DNA from: Anaerovoracaceae bacterium
GTDB taxonomy: Bacteria > Bacillota > Clostridia > Peptostreptococcales > Anaerovoracaceae
Direction of reading: 5' to 3'
Assembly (NCBI GenBank): GCA_051892195.1
Contig: JBJFFZ010000141.1
Span: 8,352 to 72,351 of the forward strand
DNA: 64,000 nt
Shown: positions 8,981 to 18,638 of the stretch, piece by piece
Position numbering within the stretch: position 1 is the stretch's first letter
Layout: every line of letters begins with the position of its first letter
Made by a program: the position numbers and the translations under genes
Notes under the pieces: generated by a model
Seen by the model: only the letters and a program-made list of their open reading frames with translations
Databases searched by the model: none
Told to the model about the DNA's origin: nothing

Positions 8981-11900
8981 ATGAAGTGGACACAGCAGCA
9001 GGAAAAAGCCATCGGAACAAAGGGCAGCGATATTCTTGTATCCGCAGCGGCAGGATCAGGAAAAACGGCAGTTTTAACGGAGCGGATCCGCAGGCTGATT
9101 ATGGAGGACGGTATTTCCGTGGAAAATATGCTGATTGTGACCTTCAGCAACGCTGCTGCGGCAGAAATGAAGGAAAAAATCATCCGCGCCCTGAAAAAAG
9201 CGGCGGAAGAATCTCAGGGGGATACGACCGCTCTGCGGTCCCAGATCCGCCATGCCCGCTGGGCGGATATCAGCACGTTTCACAAGTTTTCCATGGGCAT
9301 CATACGGAGATATTTTTACCTGACCGACGTGGATCAGAATTTTGGAATCTGTGATGAAGGAAGACGGGCCATTTTTCTGGAAGAGGCCCTGGACGAGCTC
9401 CTGGAGGAACGCTTTGAGGAAGACGCTGAGAACAGCATGTTTCGCCGGTTCCTCCGCCAGTATGCCGATGTGCGCAGCGAGGATGCCGTCCGGGACATGA
9501 TCCTTCAGGTCTACCGCTTTATCATGTCCATGCCCGACCCCTTTGAATGGCTGGATCAGGCTGCAGACGCAGCCGGCTTAAGCGAAGAGGAATTCAGAAA
9601 AACTCCGGTCTATGCGGCCTTGAGGAAGGAAAACCTGCGGGCTGCAGGCAGGGCGTATGACCTCTATGAACGGGTGATGCAGGATCTGGACGGGCTTCCG
9701 GCACTGGAAAAGAAGGCGGCGGCCGACCTGGAAAACATTGCCCGGGTGATGGAAATGGCCAAACGGGGATCGGATCAGGAGCTTGCAGCAGCGCTGGATT
9801 TTAAATTTGAAGTATTCCGGGCGTCGAAAGAGGAAAAAGAGGCGTATGCCGGGATCAAGGAGCGGGTCGGCGCCCGGCGGGAGACGGTAAAGAAAATCCT
9901 GTCGGGGCTGAAGGATACCGTCTGCAGCGTTTCCGTAAAGGATTCGGTAAAGAGGATCAATGATACGCAGGAAGCAGCCCGGTATCTTGCGGAGCTGGTA
10001 AAGGATTTTCATGGGCGCTTTACACAAAAAAAGAGAGAAAAAAATCTTCTGGATTTTAACGATATCGAGCATATAGCGCTGGAAATTCTCAAAAATGATG
10101 AGATCGCCCGGGAGTACCAGAGACATTTTGAGGTGATTTTCATCGATGAATACCAGGACAGCAGCATTCTGCAGGAAACTCTGATCCAGAGGATCAGCCG
10201 GGGCAACAACGTCTATATGGTAGGAGATGTAAAGCAGAGCATCTACAAGTTCCGCCTGGCGGAGCCGGAGATTTTTATTGCCAAGTACAATGATTTCCGC
10301 GACGGAACCCGCCCGGGAATGCGGATCGATCTGAACAGAAACTTCCGGAGCAAGGGAAACATCATCCGTTCGGTCAATGCGGTATTTCGCAATATTATGA
10401 ACCGGGATACCTGCGGCATCGACTACGATGAGGATGCGGAGCTGAAAAAAGGCGACGATTATGAAGGGGAGCTTGACCGGATTACCTCCCTTCACCTGAT
10501 CAATACGGATATTCCGGAGGATCTGGCCGGGATTGACGAGGATATCCTTGAGCTGAAAAAAACAGAGCTGGAGGCAAAGGTCACCGCAGAACTGGCATCG
10601 GAACGAATCGGCATGGAAATTTTCGACAAGAAAGGGGATACGGTCCGCAGGGTGGAGCCGGAGGACATTGTAATTCTCCTGCGGGGCACAAAAGGCCAGG
10701 CGGATATTTATGCCGCAGCCCTGAAGGAAGAAGGGCTTCCTGCGTATGTGGATGCGGGTGAGGGATATTTTGAGACAACGGAAATCGAAGTGTTTATGAA
10801 CCTTTTAAAGGTCATCGACAACCGCAGAAACGATATCCCCCTGCTCAGCGTGCTTTACTCGGAAATCTTCGGGTTTTCCTCCGACGAGCTGATACAGATC
10901 CGTCTGACGGATCCTCAGTGCTCCTTCAGCGAAGCCTTTCTGCGGCTGGCGGAGTCAGGAGAAGGAGACCTGCAGGAAAAGTGCAGGGAAGCCTGCGGGC
11001 GGCTGGAACACTGGAGAACCTGCAGCCGGTTTATGCCTCTGGAGACCTTTTTGTGGCACCTGATGAAGGAATCCGGCTATCTGGACTATGTCACGGCACT
11101 GCCGGGAGGAAGCCGCAGAGCAGCAAACCTTCGGGCCCTTGTTGACAAGGCGGTGGATTTTTCCGCATCCCAGAACAAAGGCCTGTTTTCCTTCCTGCGC
11201 TATGTGGAGGCCCTCAGCCAGGGAAGCGTTCCCATGGGTCAGGCCCTTCAGACGGAAAACGGGGAAAAGATGATCCGCATTATGACCATCCACAAGAGCA
11301 AGGGACTGGAATTTCCGGTGGTAATTGCGGCAGGCCTGGGCCGACGCTTTAACCGGGACAAAAACACCTCCCGGGTTGTTTTGCATAAGGAGCTGGGAAT
11401 GGCACTGCAGTATTCGGATCCGGATGGAAAATGCACGTCGAAAACCCTGAGCCAGCAGGTGATCGCAGCCCAGAAGGACCGGGAACAGATGGCGGAGGAA
11501 ATGCGGATTCTGTACGTGGCCATGACCCGTCCCATGGACGAGCTCGTTCTGGTAGGCTCTCTGTCCCAGCTGGAGCAGCGTATGGAAAAATATGACAATG
11601 GAACGGCAGGGGATCCTGATTCCGCCGGCTGCTACCTGGACTGGATCGTTCCGTATTACAGGGAAGGGGGAATGGAGCTGATTCTTCACGACCGCCAGAT
11701 GCTCTCTGCCCGGGCAAGAGCCGAAGAAACCCATGCGTCCCGGCTGAAAGCAGATATGGAAGCAGGCTTTCCCGATTTTACAGACGAAACAGGAATGCTG
11801 CAGGAATATGCACGACGCTTTGATTTTCAGTATCCTTACCGGGGAGACGTACTCTCAAAATCAAAGTTTTCCGTATCCGGGCTCAACCGCATGCTGCGGG

Positions 11901-12544
11901 AAGGAATCGTAGAGGACCGGGAGGGCAGAAGCTCCGCTTCTGAGGATCTCAGCACAGTGCCTGTATTTATGAAGGGCGAGGAGCCTCTGGGACCGGCTGC
12001 AAGGGGTACCCTGGTGCATAAAGTCCTGGAGCTGATCCCCTTCCGCCCCCAGACCTCCGAAGCGGAGATACGGCAGTTTGTAATGCAGCTGCCGGAACGG
12101 GGATTTATGACGGAAAAGGAAGCCGGGGCGGTGGACTGTCAGAAAATATACAGGTTTTTCCGGTCGGAAACCGGGCAGCGGGCCTGCAGTGCCAGGTGGC
12201 TGCGAAAGGAATGGCATTTTACCCTGCGGAAAAAAAGCGAAGAAATCGCGGCAATGGCCGGGGACCCGGAGGTACGGAACGCGCTGGCAGGCTCTTTATC
12301 GGACACGGTTCTGATTCAGGGAATCATCGACTGCTGCTTCCGGGATGAAGAGGGCATCGTCATTGTGGACTACAAAACAGACCGGATCACCGGGCAGGAC
12401 AGGGAGAACGGTTTTCAACGGCTGAAAAATGAATACTCCGTTCAGCTGAAGCTGTATCGCGAAGTAGTGGAGCGGGCTCTGGGAGAGCCTGTGAAAGAGG
12501 TGATTCTGTTTCTTCTGGACTCGGGGGACAGCGTTATCATGTGA
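8981..12544 (+). CDS. addA: ATP-dependent helicase/nuclease subunit A (AddA)
   Basis: UvrD-type Walker A SAAAGSGKTAVL, DEYQDS motif II, and C-terminal PD-(D/E)XK nuclease motif GIIDCCF...IVDYKTD. 1187 aa. Confidence 0.9.
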   Translation: MKWTQQQEKAIGTKGSDILVSAAAGSGKTAVLTERIRRLIMEDGISVENMLIVTFSNAAAAEMKEKIIRALKKAAEESQGDTTALRSQIRHARWADISTFHKFSMGIIRRYFYLTDVDQNFGICDEGRRAIFLEEALDELLEERFEEDAENSMFRRFLRQYADVRSEDAVRDMILQVYRFIMSMPDPFEWLDQAADAAGLSEEEFRKTPVYAALRKENLRAAGRAYDLYERVMQDLDGLPALEKKAAADLENIARVMEMAKRGSDQELAAALDFKFEVFRASKEEKEAYAGIKERVGARRETVKKILSGLKDTVCSVSVKDSVKRINDTQEAARYLAELVKDFHGRFTQKKREKNLLDFNDIEHIALEILKNDEIAREYQRHFEVIFIDEYQDSSILQETLIQRISRGNNVYMVGDVKQSIYKFRLAEPEIFIAKYNDFRDGTRPGMRIDLNRNFRSKGNIIRSVNAVFRNIMNRDTCGIDYDEDAELKKGDDYEGELDRITSLHLINTDIPEDLAGIDEDILELKKTELEAKVTAELASERIGMEIFDKKGDTVRRVEPEDIVILLRGTKGQADIYAAALKEEGLPAYVDAGEGYFETTEIEVFMNLLKVIDNRRNDIPLLSVLYSEIFGFSSDELIQIRLTDPQCSFSEAFLRLAESGEGDLQEKCREACGRLEHWRTCSRFMPLETFLWHLMKESGYLDYVTALPGGSRRAANLRALVDKAVDFSASQNKGLFSFLRYVEALSQGSVPMGQALQTENGEKMIRIMTIHKSKGLEFPVVIAAGLGRRFNRDKNTSRVVLHKELGMALQYSDPDGKCTSKTLSQQVIAAQKDREQMAEEMRILYVAMTRPMDELVLVGSLSQLEQRMEKYDNGTAGDPDSAGCYLDWIVPYYREGGMELILHDRQMLSARARAEETHASRLKADMEAGFPDFTDETGMLQEYARRFDFQYPYRGDVLSKSKFSVSGLNRMLREGIVEDREGRSSASEDLSTVPVFMKGEEPLGPAARGTLVHKVLELIPFRPQTSEAEIRQFVMQLPERGFMTEKEAGAVDCQKIYRFFRSETGQRACSARWLRKEWHFTLRKKSEEIAAMAGDPEVRNALAGSLSDTVLIQGIIDCCFRDEEGIVIVDYKTDRITGQDRENGFQRLKNEYSVQLKLYREVVERALGEPVKEVILFLLDSGDSVIM

Positions 12545-12669
12545 CGATGTGATTTTCAGCCCTGTTTTGCGGGCGAAAAAGGGAAGCTGCAGATATGCGG
12601 CAAAGGAATTCTGAGAGAATCCCCTGAAGATCACCTTGCATATTATAGAATATGTGAGGTGATTTTTTT

Positions 12670-12960
12670 ATGGATCAGTGCACAATCAGACGGATCAATC
12701 ACGAAAAAATATTCCGGCGCAGCCATCCGGCTGCTGTCAGGGCACATGAAGAAGCTTTGAAGCACGTGGAGGCACACCGGCCTGTAATATGCCGGATGGG
12801 GCGAAAGGCATGGCCCCACAGGGATTTTTACCTGATCTGGTATGGAATCGATCAGGGAGATGCTGTTGCCTCAGAAATGGATCTTGAACGAAGCATGAGA
12901 AAGCGAATTCCTCTGGCGGAATTTCTGGTTCAGGTGAAGGACTACTGGACTATTGATTAA
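12670..12960 (+). CDS. hypothetical protein (96 aa)
   Basis: ATG preceded by a GAGGTGA RBS at 7 nt, and a terminator-like hairpin lies downstream near 13012-13048. No recognisable motif. Confidence 0.4.
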   Translation: MDQCTIRRINHEKIFRRSHPAAVRAHEEALKHVEAHRPVICRMGRKAWPHRDFYLIWYGIDQGDAVASEMDLERSMRKRIPLAEFLVQVKDYWTID

Positions 12961-13142
12961 AATAGAATGATACAGTGCAAAAAACAGAAAAAAGACGCCG
13001 GGCAAAAGAAAAAAACGCGGACGCTGCAGCAGCAGATCTGCGTTTTTTTGTGGTCCGGGCGTGGTGAAACCTGACATCAGAGATGCATAAGTTTTTCCCC
13101 ATGCGGGAGACTAACACTGAACTGATGAAAGGAGTGATATGC

Positions 13143-13805
13143 TTGTTTAAACATGAAAAAATGTTATTTCATCCGGTAGCGGTAGAACGCCCGAATCCGC
13201 AGTACGCAGCCCTGCTGCAGGAGCAGCTGGGGGGAGGAAACGGCGAACTGAAAGCGGCCATGCAGTATATGGCCCAGAGCTTCCGTATCAAGGATCAGAA
13301 AATCAAGGATCTGTTTCTGGATATCGCTGCAGAGGAACTGGGCCACATGGAGATGGTAGCCCAGACCATCAACCTGCTCAACGGACACGATGTGGATGCG
13401 GATCAGGTTAAGGCAGGGGAAATCCAGACCCATGTTCAGCTGGGGCTGGCTCCGGGACTGATCAACGCCTCCGGTTATTCCTGGACAGGCGACTACGTTA
13501 CAGTCACAGGGGATCTCTGCGCCGATCTGCTCAGCAATATTGCTTCCGAGCAGCGGGCAAAGGTGGTGTACGAGTATCTGTACCGTCAGATCGAGGACAA
13601 AAAGGTGCGGGAAACCATTGACTTCCTTCTCAACCGGGAAGAGGCTCACAATCAGATGTTCCGGGATGCATTCAATGAGGTTCAGGAAAGCGGCTCCAAC
13701 CGTGATTTCGGAACCACCAAAGCGGCAAAAATGTATTTCTCGCTGTCAAATCCCGGCCCGAATACCTTTGCGGGCATGGATGTGAACGCCCCGAAGTTTT
13801 CATAA
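13143..13805 (+). CDS. manganese catalase family protein (CotJC-like)
   Basis: FKHEKMLFHPV...NGELKAAMQYMAQSF...AAEELGHMEMVA...EEAH are di-Mn catalase motifs. Likely TTG start at 13143 (AAAGGAG RBS 8 nt upstream), with an alternative in-frame ATG at 13125. Confidence 0.85.
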   Translation: MFKHEKMLFHPVAVERPNPQYAALLQEQLGGGNGELKAAMQYMAQSFRIKDQKIKDLFLDIAAEELGHMEMVAQTINLLNGHDVDADQVKAGEIQTHVQLGLAPGLINASGYSWTGDYVTVTGDLCADLLSNIASEQRAKVVYEYLYRQIEDKKVRETIDFLLNREEAHNQMFRDAFNEVQESGSNRDFGTTKAAKMYFSLSNPGPNTFAGMDVNAPKFS

Positions 13806-13912
13806 CAGGATCATGCGAAAAAAGGCAGGAGCTCTTTGAAACAGGCGCTTCTGCCTTTTTACATGAATCGTCAGAAAAAAAGAACCGTCTGCCAAAGCAG
13901 ACGGTTTTTGGA

Positions 13913-13989
13913 TGGTCGAGGTGACTGGATTCGAACCAGCGGCCCATACGTCCCGAACGTATTGCTCTACCAAACTGAGCCACACCTCG
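13913..13989 (-). tRNA. tRNA-Pro (anticodon CGG), CCA encoded
   Basis: Reverse complement is CGAGGTGTGGCTCAGTTTGGTAGAGCAATACGTTCGGGACGTATGGGCCGCTGGTTCGAATCCAGTCACCTCGACCA. Anticodon stem ATACG/CGTAT with loop TT-CGG-GA, G37, and acceptor stem CGAGGTG/CACCTCG. Confidence 0.9.
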
Positions 13990-14011
13990 TAAGAAGATCC
14001 AACACTTGAAC

Positions 14012-14039
14012 ATTATAATCCCTTCTGACGAAAAATCAA
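14012..14039 (-). promoter_or_regulatory. candidate promoter of tRNA-Pro (TTGATT-16-TATAAT)
   Basis: Minus-strand TTGATT (14034-14039), 16-nt spacer, TATAAT (14012-14017). Confidence 0.45.
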
Positions 14040-14161
14040 TAGATTTTTTTTGTAAAAAGGATGCATATGGTTTCTTATTGAAAATAATGAAGGAAAAAAT
14101 ACTGAAAATAAGAAATTTGCAATAATAATTTCTGTAAAAAATTAAATAACAAAAAAATGTG

Positions 14162-14190
14162 TTGACATAGAGGAAATACTATATGATAAT
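14162..14190 (+). promoter_or_regulatory. promoter of the alanine symporter gene (TTGACA-17-GATAAT)
   Basis: Consensus -35 at 14162-14167, 17-nt spacer, GATAAT at 14185-14190, within a long AT-rich intergenic region. Confidence 0.55.
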
Positions 14191-14266
14191 GTATGTGATT
14201 TGGAAAATGTATGCAATATTCATTCCGTACATTGTGCTATTATTTTTTTTAGAAGGAGAGATGATT

Positions 14267-15655
14267 ATGACATTTGCAGAAATTGTCGACAAGATCGACG
14301 GGCTCGTCTGGGGATGGGCCATGATCGTGGTTCTCTTGGGAACGCACATCTTCATGACAATCCGCACGGGGGTTATCCAGAGGAAGCTGGGCCTTGGCAT
14401 CCGGCTTTCCGTGTCAAAGGATGACCAGGACGGAACAGGAGAAATCTCCCAGTTCGGTGCCCTGGCAACAGCCCTTGCAGCCACCATCGGAACAGGAAAC
14501 ATCGTAGGTGTGGCAACGGCCGTTCTTTCCGGCGGCCCGGGTGCTGTTCTCTGGATGTGGCTCATCGGTGTATTCGGAATGGCTTCCAAGTATTCCGAAA
14601 CTCTTATGTCGCTGAAATACAGAGTCCAGTCAAAGGACGGAAGAATGCTGGGAGGCGCCATGTACGCCCTGGAAAGAGGTCTCGGCCAGAAGTGGCTGGC
14701 AGTGATCTTTGCCATCTTTGCAGCTTTGGCAGCATTCGGTATCGGCTGCATGACCCAGTCAAATTCCATTGCAGCTGCCTGCAGCACAAACTATAACATC
14801 CCTGGATGGATCGTAGGTATCTTTGTAGCGGCAGCAGTAGGCGTTGTAATTCTGGGAGGCGTAAAGTCCATTTCCAGAGTGTGCGAAAAGCTGGTTCCGT
14901 TTATGGCGGTTCTTTACGTTCTCGGATGCATCATCATCCTGATCATGAACTATGATTACATAATTCCGGCTCTTGTACTTATCATCAAGTCAGCATTCAG
15001 CGTTCAGGCAGGAACCGGCGGTGTCTTCGGTTTTGCAGTTGCGCAGGCCATCCGTTACGGATGCGCGAGAGGTCTCTTCTCCAACGAATCCGGTATGGGC
15101 TCCGCACCGCTGGTAGCTGCAGCTGCCAAGACAAGAAACCCTGTAAGACAGTCTCTGGTATCCATGACCGGTACGTTCTGGGACACTGTTGTGATCTGTC
15201 TTGTTACAGGTCTCACCCTTGTCAGCTCTGTTCTCAAGAACCCTGATGTGGCAGCATCCATGGCAGACAAAAATATTCTTACCTTCGCCGTATTCGCCCA
15301 GATTCCTGTTCTCGGCAAGCCGCTCATCACGCTGGCTCTGGCCCTCTTTGCATTCTCAACGATTCTGGGCTGGTCATACTACGGAGAAAAGGCGGCAGAG
15401 TATCTCGTAGGCCCTGGAATTATCAAGATCTACAAGGTCATCTTCGTGGTTCTTGCCTTTGTAGGAACTGTAGCATCTCTGGATGTGGTATGGAACATTG
15501 CGGACATCCTCAACGGTCTCATGGTTGTTCCGAACGTAATCGGCATGATTCTCCTGAGCGGAGTCATCGTCAAGGAAACAAAGAAGTATCTTGCAGATAT
15601 CGATATGGAATCTGACGAACCGGTTCCTGTTGTGGATACAAAGAGCGATAAATAG
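14267..15655 (+). CDS. alanine/glycine:cation symporter (AGCS family)
   Basis: Family motifs GTGNIVGVATA..GGPGAVLWMW and multiple TM helices. AGGAGAG RBS precedes the ATG at 14267; the track ORF starts upstream inside the promoter. Confidence 0.9.
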   Translation: MTFAEIVDKIDGLVWGWAMIVVLLGTHIFMTIRTGVIQRKLGLGIRLSVSKDDQDGTGEISQFGALATALAATIGTGNIVGVATAVLSGGPGAVLWMWLIGVFGMASKYSETLMSLKYRVQSKDGRMLGGAMYALERGLGQKWLAVIFAIFAALAAFGIGCMTQSNSIAAACSTNYNIPGWIVGIFVAAAVGVVILGGVKSISRVCEKLVPFMAVLYVLGCIIILIMNYDYIIPALVLIIKSAFSVQAGTGGVFGFAVAQAIRYGCARGLFSNESGMGSAPLVAAAAKTRNPVRQSLVSMTGTFWDTVVICLVTGLTLVSSVLKNPDVAASMADKNILTFAVFAQIPVLGKPLITLALALFAFSTILGWSYYGEKAAEYLVGPGIIKIYKVIFVVLAFVGTVASLDVVWNIADILNGLMVVPNVIGMILLSGVIVKETKKYLADIDMESDEPVPVVDTKSDK

Positions 15656-15726
15656 GAAACAGGCCTCAGGCAGGCACAGATAACAGTCCCGCAGGGGACA
15701 GGTCCGCCGGCCCGGCCGGCGCAGAG

Positions 15727-15761
15727 AGGACATGATTTTTTCGCAGGTCATGTCCTTTTTC
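15727..15761 (+). terminator. terminator after the symporter gene
   Basis: AGGACATGA...TCATGTCCT stem followed by T5. Confidence 0.65.
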
Positions 15762-15912
15762 TTTGAAGCAATATAATTTTTTTTCTCAAACAGTCAGAAA
15801 GTGCTAAAGAAAAGAAAAAAACGGTCGAAACAGGATATATAAGGTTATGCTGTAATTAAGGAGCATGATCGTTCGATTATTTTGTGATTGACCAGAAGAA
15901 GAGGAAAAGAAT

Positions 15913-16272
15913 ATGGCAAAAATATTACTGGCAGATGATGCAGCGTTTATGAGAATGACAATTAAAAATGCCCTTGCGAAGGAAGGCTACACCGATGTTT
16001 ATGAAGCAGCTGACGGACTTCAGGCTGTAGAGCAGTACAATGAACTGAAGCCGGATCTTGTGTTTATGGACATCACCATGCCGAACATGGACGGCCTGGA
16101 GGCCTTAAAGACCATCAGAGGAAACGATCCGAACGCAAAGGTGATCATGTGCTCCGCCATGGGTCAGGAAGCCATGGTAATCGATGCAGTAAAGAGCGGG
16201 GCAAAGGACTTTATCGTGAAGCCGTTTAAGCCGGATCGGATTATTAAAGCAGTAAAAGACATGGGGTTATAA
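15913..16272 (+). CDS. cheY: chemotaxis response regulator CheY
   Basis: 119-aa single REC domain: LLADD, FMDITMPNMDG, MCSAMG, IVKPF. Confidence 0.9.
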   Translation: MAKILLADDAAFMRMTIKNALAKEGYTDVYEAADGLQAVEQYNELKPDLVFMDITMPNMDGLEALKTIRGNDPNAKVIMCSAMGQEAMVIDAVKSGAKDFIVKPFKPDRIIKAVKDMGL

Positions 16273-16289
16273 GATCAGGGAATTTGTTT

Positions 16290-16907
16290 ATGACTAAGAC
16301 AGAAGATTTTTTTTCCGCGGAGGAAACTGACATTCTCGGAGAAACCTTTAATATCAGTCTGGGTTCCTCCTCAAAAGCGATAAACATGATTCTGGACCGC
16401 CCGGTAAGCATCACAGAGCCTCACGTGGAGGTTCTCATGGCAGACGAATTCCATCTGTCTGAGCTGGAATACGTTCTGGCAGTGGAGATCACCTATGTCA
16501 GGGGATTGAAGGGCAGAAATCTTCTGCTTCTGAAAAAGAATGATATCCGGAAGATTCTGGAAATCATGATGATGACGGAGTTTGATGAGGCAACCTTTGA
16601 GATTGACGAGCTGGGAGAGAGCGCAGTCTGTGAGCTGATGAACCAGATGATGGGGGCTGCCGCAACGTCCATGTCCACGTTCCTTGACATGGCGGTGGAT
16701 ATTTCCACTCCTGCCACCTACAGGATCGTGAATGAAACTCTTTTTAAAAGGGAATTCTTTGAACGGGGTCAGATCCTGACCATGGTGAAGTTTGATATTG
16801 ATATCGAAGACACTCTGAAAAGCGAGTTTTACAATATCATGACCTATGAATTTGCAAGTGATGTGGTGAAGCTTGCAAGAGCAGCAAACAACAAATCACA
16901 AATATAA
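16290..16907 (+). CDS. cheC: CheC-like CheY-P phosphatase
   Basis: Two CheC/FliY-type E-x2-N...P motifs (GETFNIS...ITEP and CELMNQM...ISTP), directly downstream of cheY. Confidence 0.8.
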   Translation: MTKTEDFFSAEETDILGETFNISLGSSSKAINMILDRPVSITEPHVEVLMADEFHLSELEYVLAVEITYVRGLKGRNLLLLKKNDIRKILEIMMMTEFDEATFEIDELGESAVCELMNQMMGAAATSMSTFLDMAVDISTPATYRIVNETLFKREFFERGQILTMVKFDIDIEDTLKSEFYNIMTYEFASDVVKLARAANNKSQI

Positions 16908-16941
16908 ATGATTCCATCTCACAGGGATGCAGAAGCGGAGG

Positions 16942-16971
16942 CTCCAGCCTGAAACAGGCTGGAGTTTTTTT
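16942..16971 (+). terminator. terminator after cheC
   Basis: CTCCAGCCTG-aaa-CAGGCTGGAG stem followed by T7. Confidence 0.7.
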
Positions 16972-17118
16972 GTAAGCAATTTCCATGCCAACTAGATAAA
17001 ATCAATTGAGAAGGGAGCGCTTTTGTGTTATGATTCTATCTGTGCAGCAGGGCTGCACGTGATCAAGCTTTTGAGTACGTTTCACTGATTTTTTGTTTTT
17101 ATTGAACAGGAGCACAGC

Positions 17119-18600
17119 ATGGAACTTATTTTCAGAAATGATCTGAATACGGAACTCAGCCAGAAGCTGACTCTGACACCGGAGATGATTCAGTCCCTGA
17201 ATATTCTTCAGTATAACAGGGGAGAGCTGGTGGATTACATATACGACATGATGATGGAAAATCCGGTGATTGATCTGGAAAATCCCGATTATATCGTGCG
17301 GTCTCAGGAAATGCCCGACAGTGAGTATGAGGATGATTTCCGTGATGAATACGGTGAATCGGGGCAAGATAATGAAGTGTCCCCTGCAGAGTGGGATGCG
17401 GAGGACTGGTATCATTATGCAGAAAGCATGGGGTATGACGATGAGAACTACTATGGAAAATACTCCTATGATGCCCAGGACGGCGACTGGTACGAATATT
17501 CCGCAGCCTCTGATATTACACTGGAGGAGGCTCTTTTAAACCAGGTGGAAATGACGCAGGCACCTTACCTTGTGCGGGCGGCGGCGGCTTACATTATTCA
17601 GACGCTGGATGACAACGGATATATGACTTCCTCTGTAAAGGAAATCGCCCGGGAGCTGGGCGTGTCGGATGAGCTTGTGATGGAGGGGCTGGAGCTGGTC
17701 TGGAGCTTTGACCCTGCCGGAGTGGGCGCAAGGGATCTTGCCGAATGCCTGGAGCTTCAGCTGAAGGCTATGGACCGTTACAGCGATGCCTTTGGTCTGA
17801 TTCTTCGGGATCATCTGGAGGATATTGCAATGAACCGGCTTTCTGCAGTGGCAAAGGCTACAGGGCTTACGGTCTTTGAGGTTCAGGGCTATGCAGATAC
17901 CCTGCGGTCTCTGGAACCGAAGCCGGGCAGAATGTACGCATCTTCCTCCTCAACAAATTTTATTCTTCCGGATGTGATCATTGAAAGTGTCAACGGCGGC
18001 TACGGTGTGCATCTGAACAATGCTTCCGTTCCGAAGGTGACCATCCGCAGTGAGTACCGCAGCATGCTGCGGGATTCGGAAAAAAATTCCGGTGTGGCAA
18101 ATTTCCTTTCCGGACGGTTCAATACAGCTATGTGGCTGATCCGGAGCATCGAGCAGAGAAACGAGACCATTACCAGGGTGGCGGAGGCCATTGTCAGACG
18201 GCAGAAGGATTTCTTTGATCATGGAAAGGCGCAGCTGAAGCCCCTTACCATGAAAGAAATTGCAGATGAGCTGGGGATTCACGAGTCCACCGTCAGCCGG
18301 GCGGTCAACGGAAAGTACCTCCAGTCGGCTCAGGGGGTTTATGAGCTTCGCTATTTCTTTACCGGAACCAGCCGGTTCAGCGGGCTGAACGGAGATGCGG
18401 CATCATCGGAATCTCTGAAGGTCATGATCCGCAATCTGGTGGAGGGCGAGGACCGGACCACGCCTTTAAGCGACCGGTCCATTGCAGAGGCCATTATGGT
18501 CACCGGGGTGCAGATTTCCCGGAGAACTGTGGCAAAATACAGAGAAGAACTGGGCATTCCTGCTTCGTCCATGCGGCGGAGAGTCAAAATGGAATGCTGA
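17119..18600 (+). CDS. rpoN: RNA polymerase sigma-54 factor
   Basis: N-terminal LTLTPEMIQSLNILQ region I, HTH MKEIADELGIHESTVSRAV, and RpoN box SRRTVAKYR. Confidence 0.95.
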   Translation: MELIFRNDLNTELSQKLTLTPEMIQSLNILQYNRGELVDYIYDMMMENPVIDLENPDYIVRSQEMPDSEYEDDFRDEYGESGQDNEVSPAEWDAEDWYHYAESMGYDDENYYGKYSYDAQDGDWYEYSAASDITLEEALLNQVEMTQAPYLVRAAAAYIIQTLDDNGYMTSSVKEIARELGVSDELVMEGLELVWSFDPAGVGARDLAECLELQLKAMDRYSDAFGLILRDHLEDIAMNRLSAVAKATGLTVFEVQGYADTLRSLEPKPGRMYASSSSTNFILPDVIIESVNGGYGVHLNNASVPKVTIRSEYRSMLRDSEKNSGVANFLSGRFNTAMWLIRSIEQRNETITRVAEAIVRRQKDFFDHGKAQLKPLTMKEIADELGIHESTVSRAVNGKYLQSAQGVYELRYFFTGTSRFSGLNGDAASSESLKVMIRNLVEGEDRTTPLSDRSIAEAIMVTGVQISRRTVAKYREELGIPASSMRRRVKMEC

Positions 18601-18638
18601 TCAGTTGTTGTTAATATAATTATGGAGGATCGAAACAC

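Noticed and set aside
14115-14140. AATTTGCAATAATAATTTC upstream of the symporter promoter, as a possible third site for the cassette regulator.
   Set aside because: It holds only one AATTTGC unit. The following 11-bp units lack TTGC, and the phasing to the -35 differs from the two confident copies.
18608-18625. Rex-box-like TTGTTAATATAATTATGG between rpoN and pgk.
   Set aside because: Only the left half-site matches the consensus. The right half (ATTATGG) does not resemble TTAACAA and overlaps the pgk RBS.
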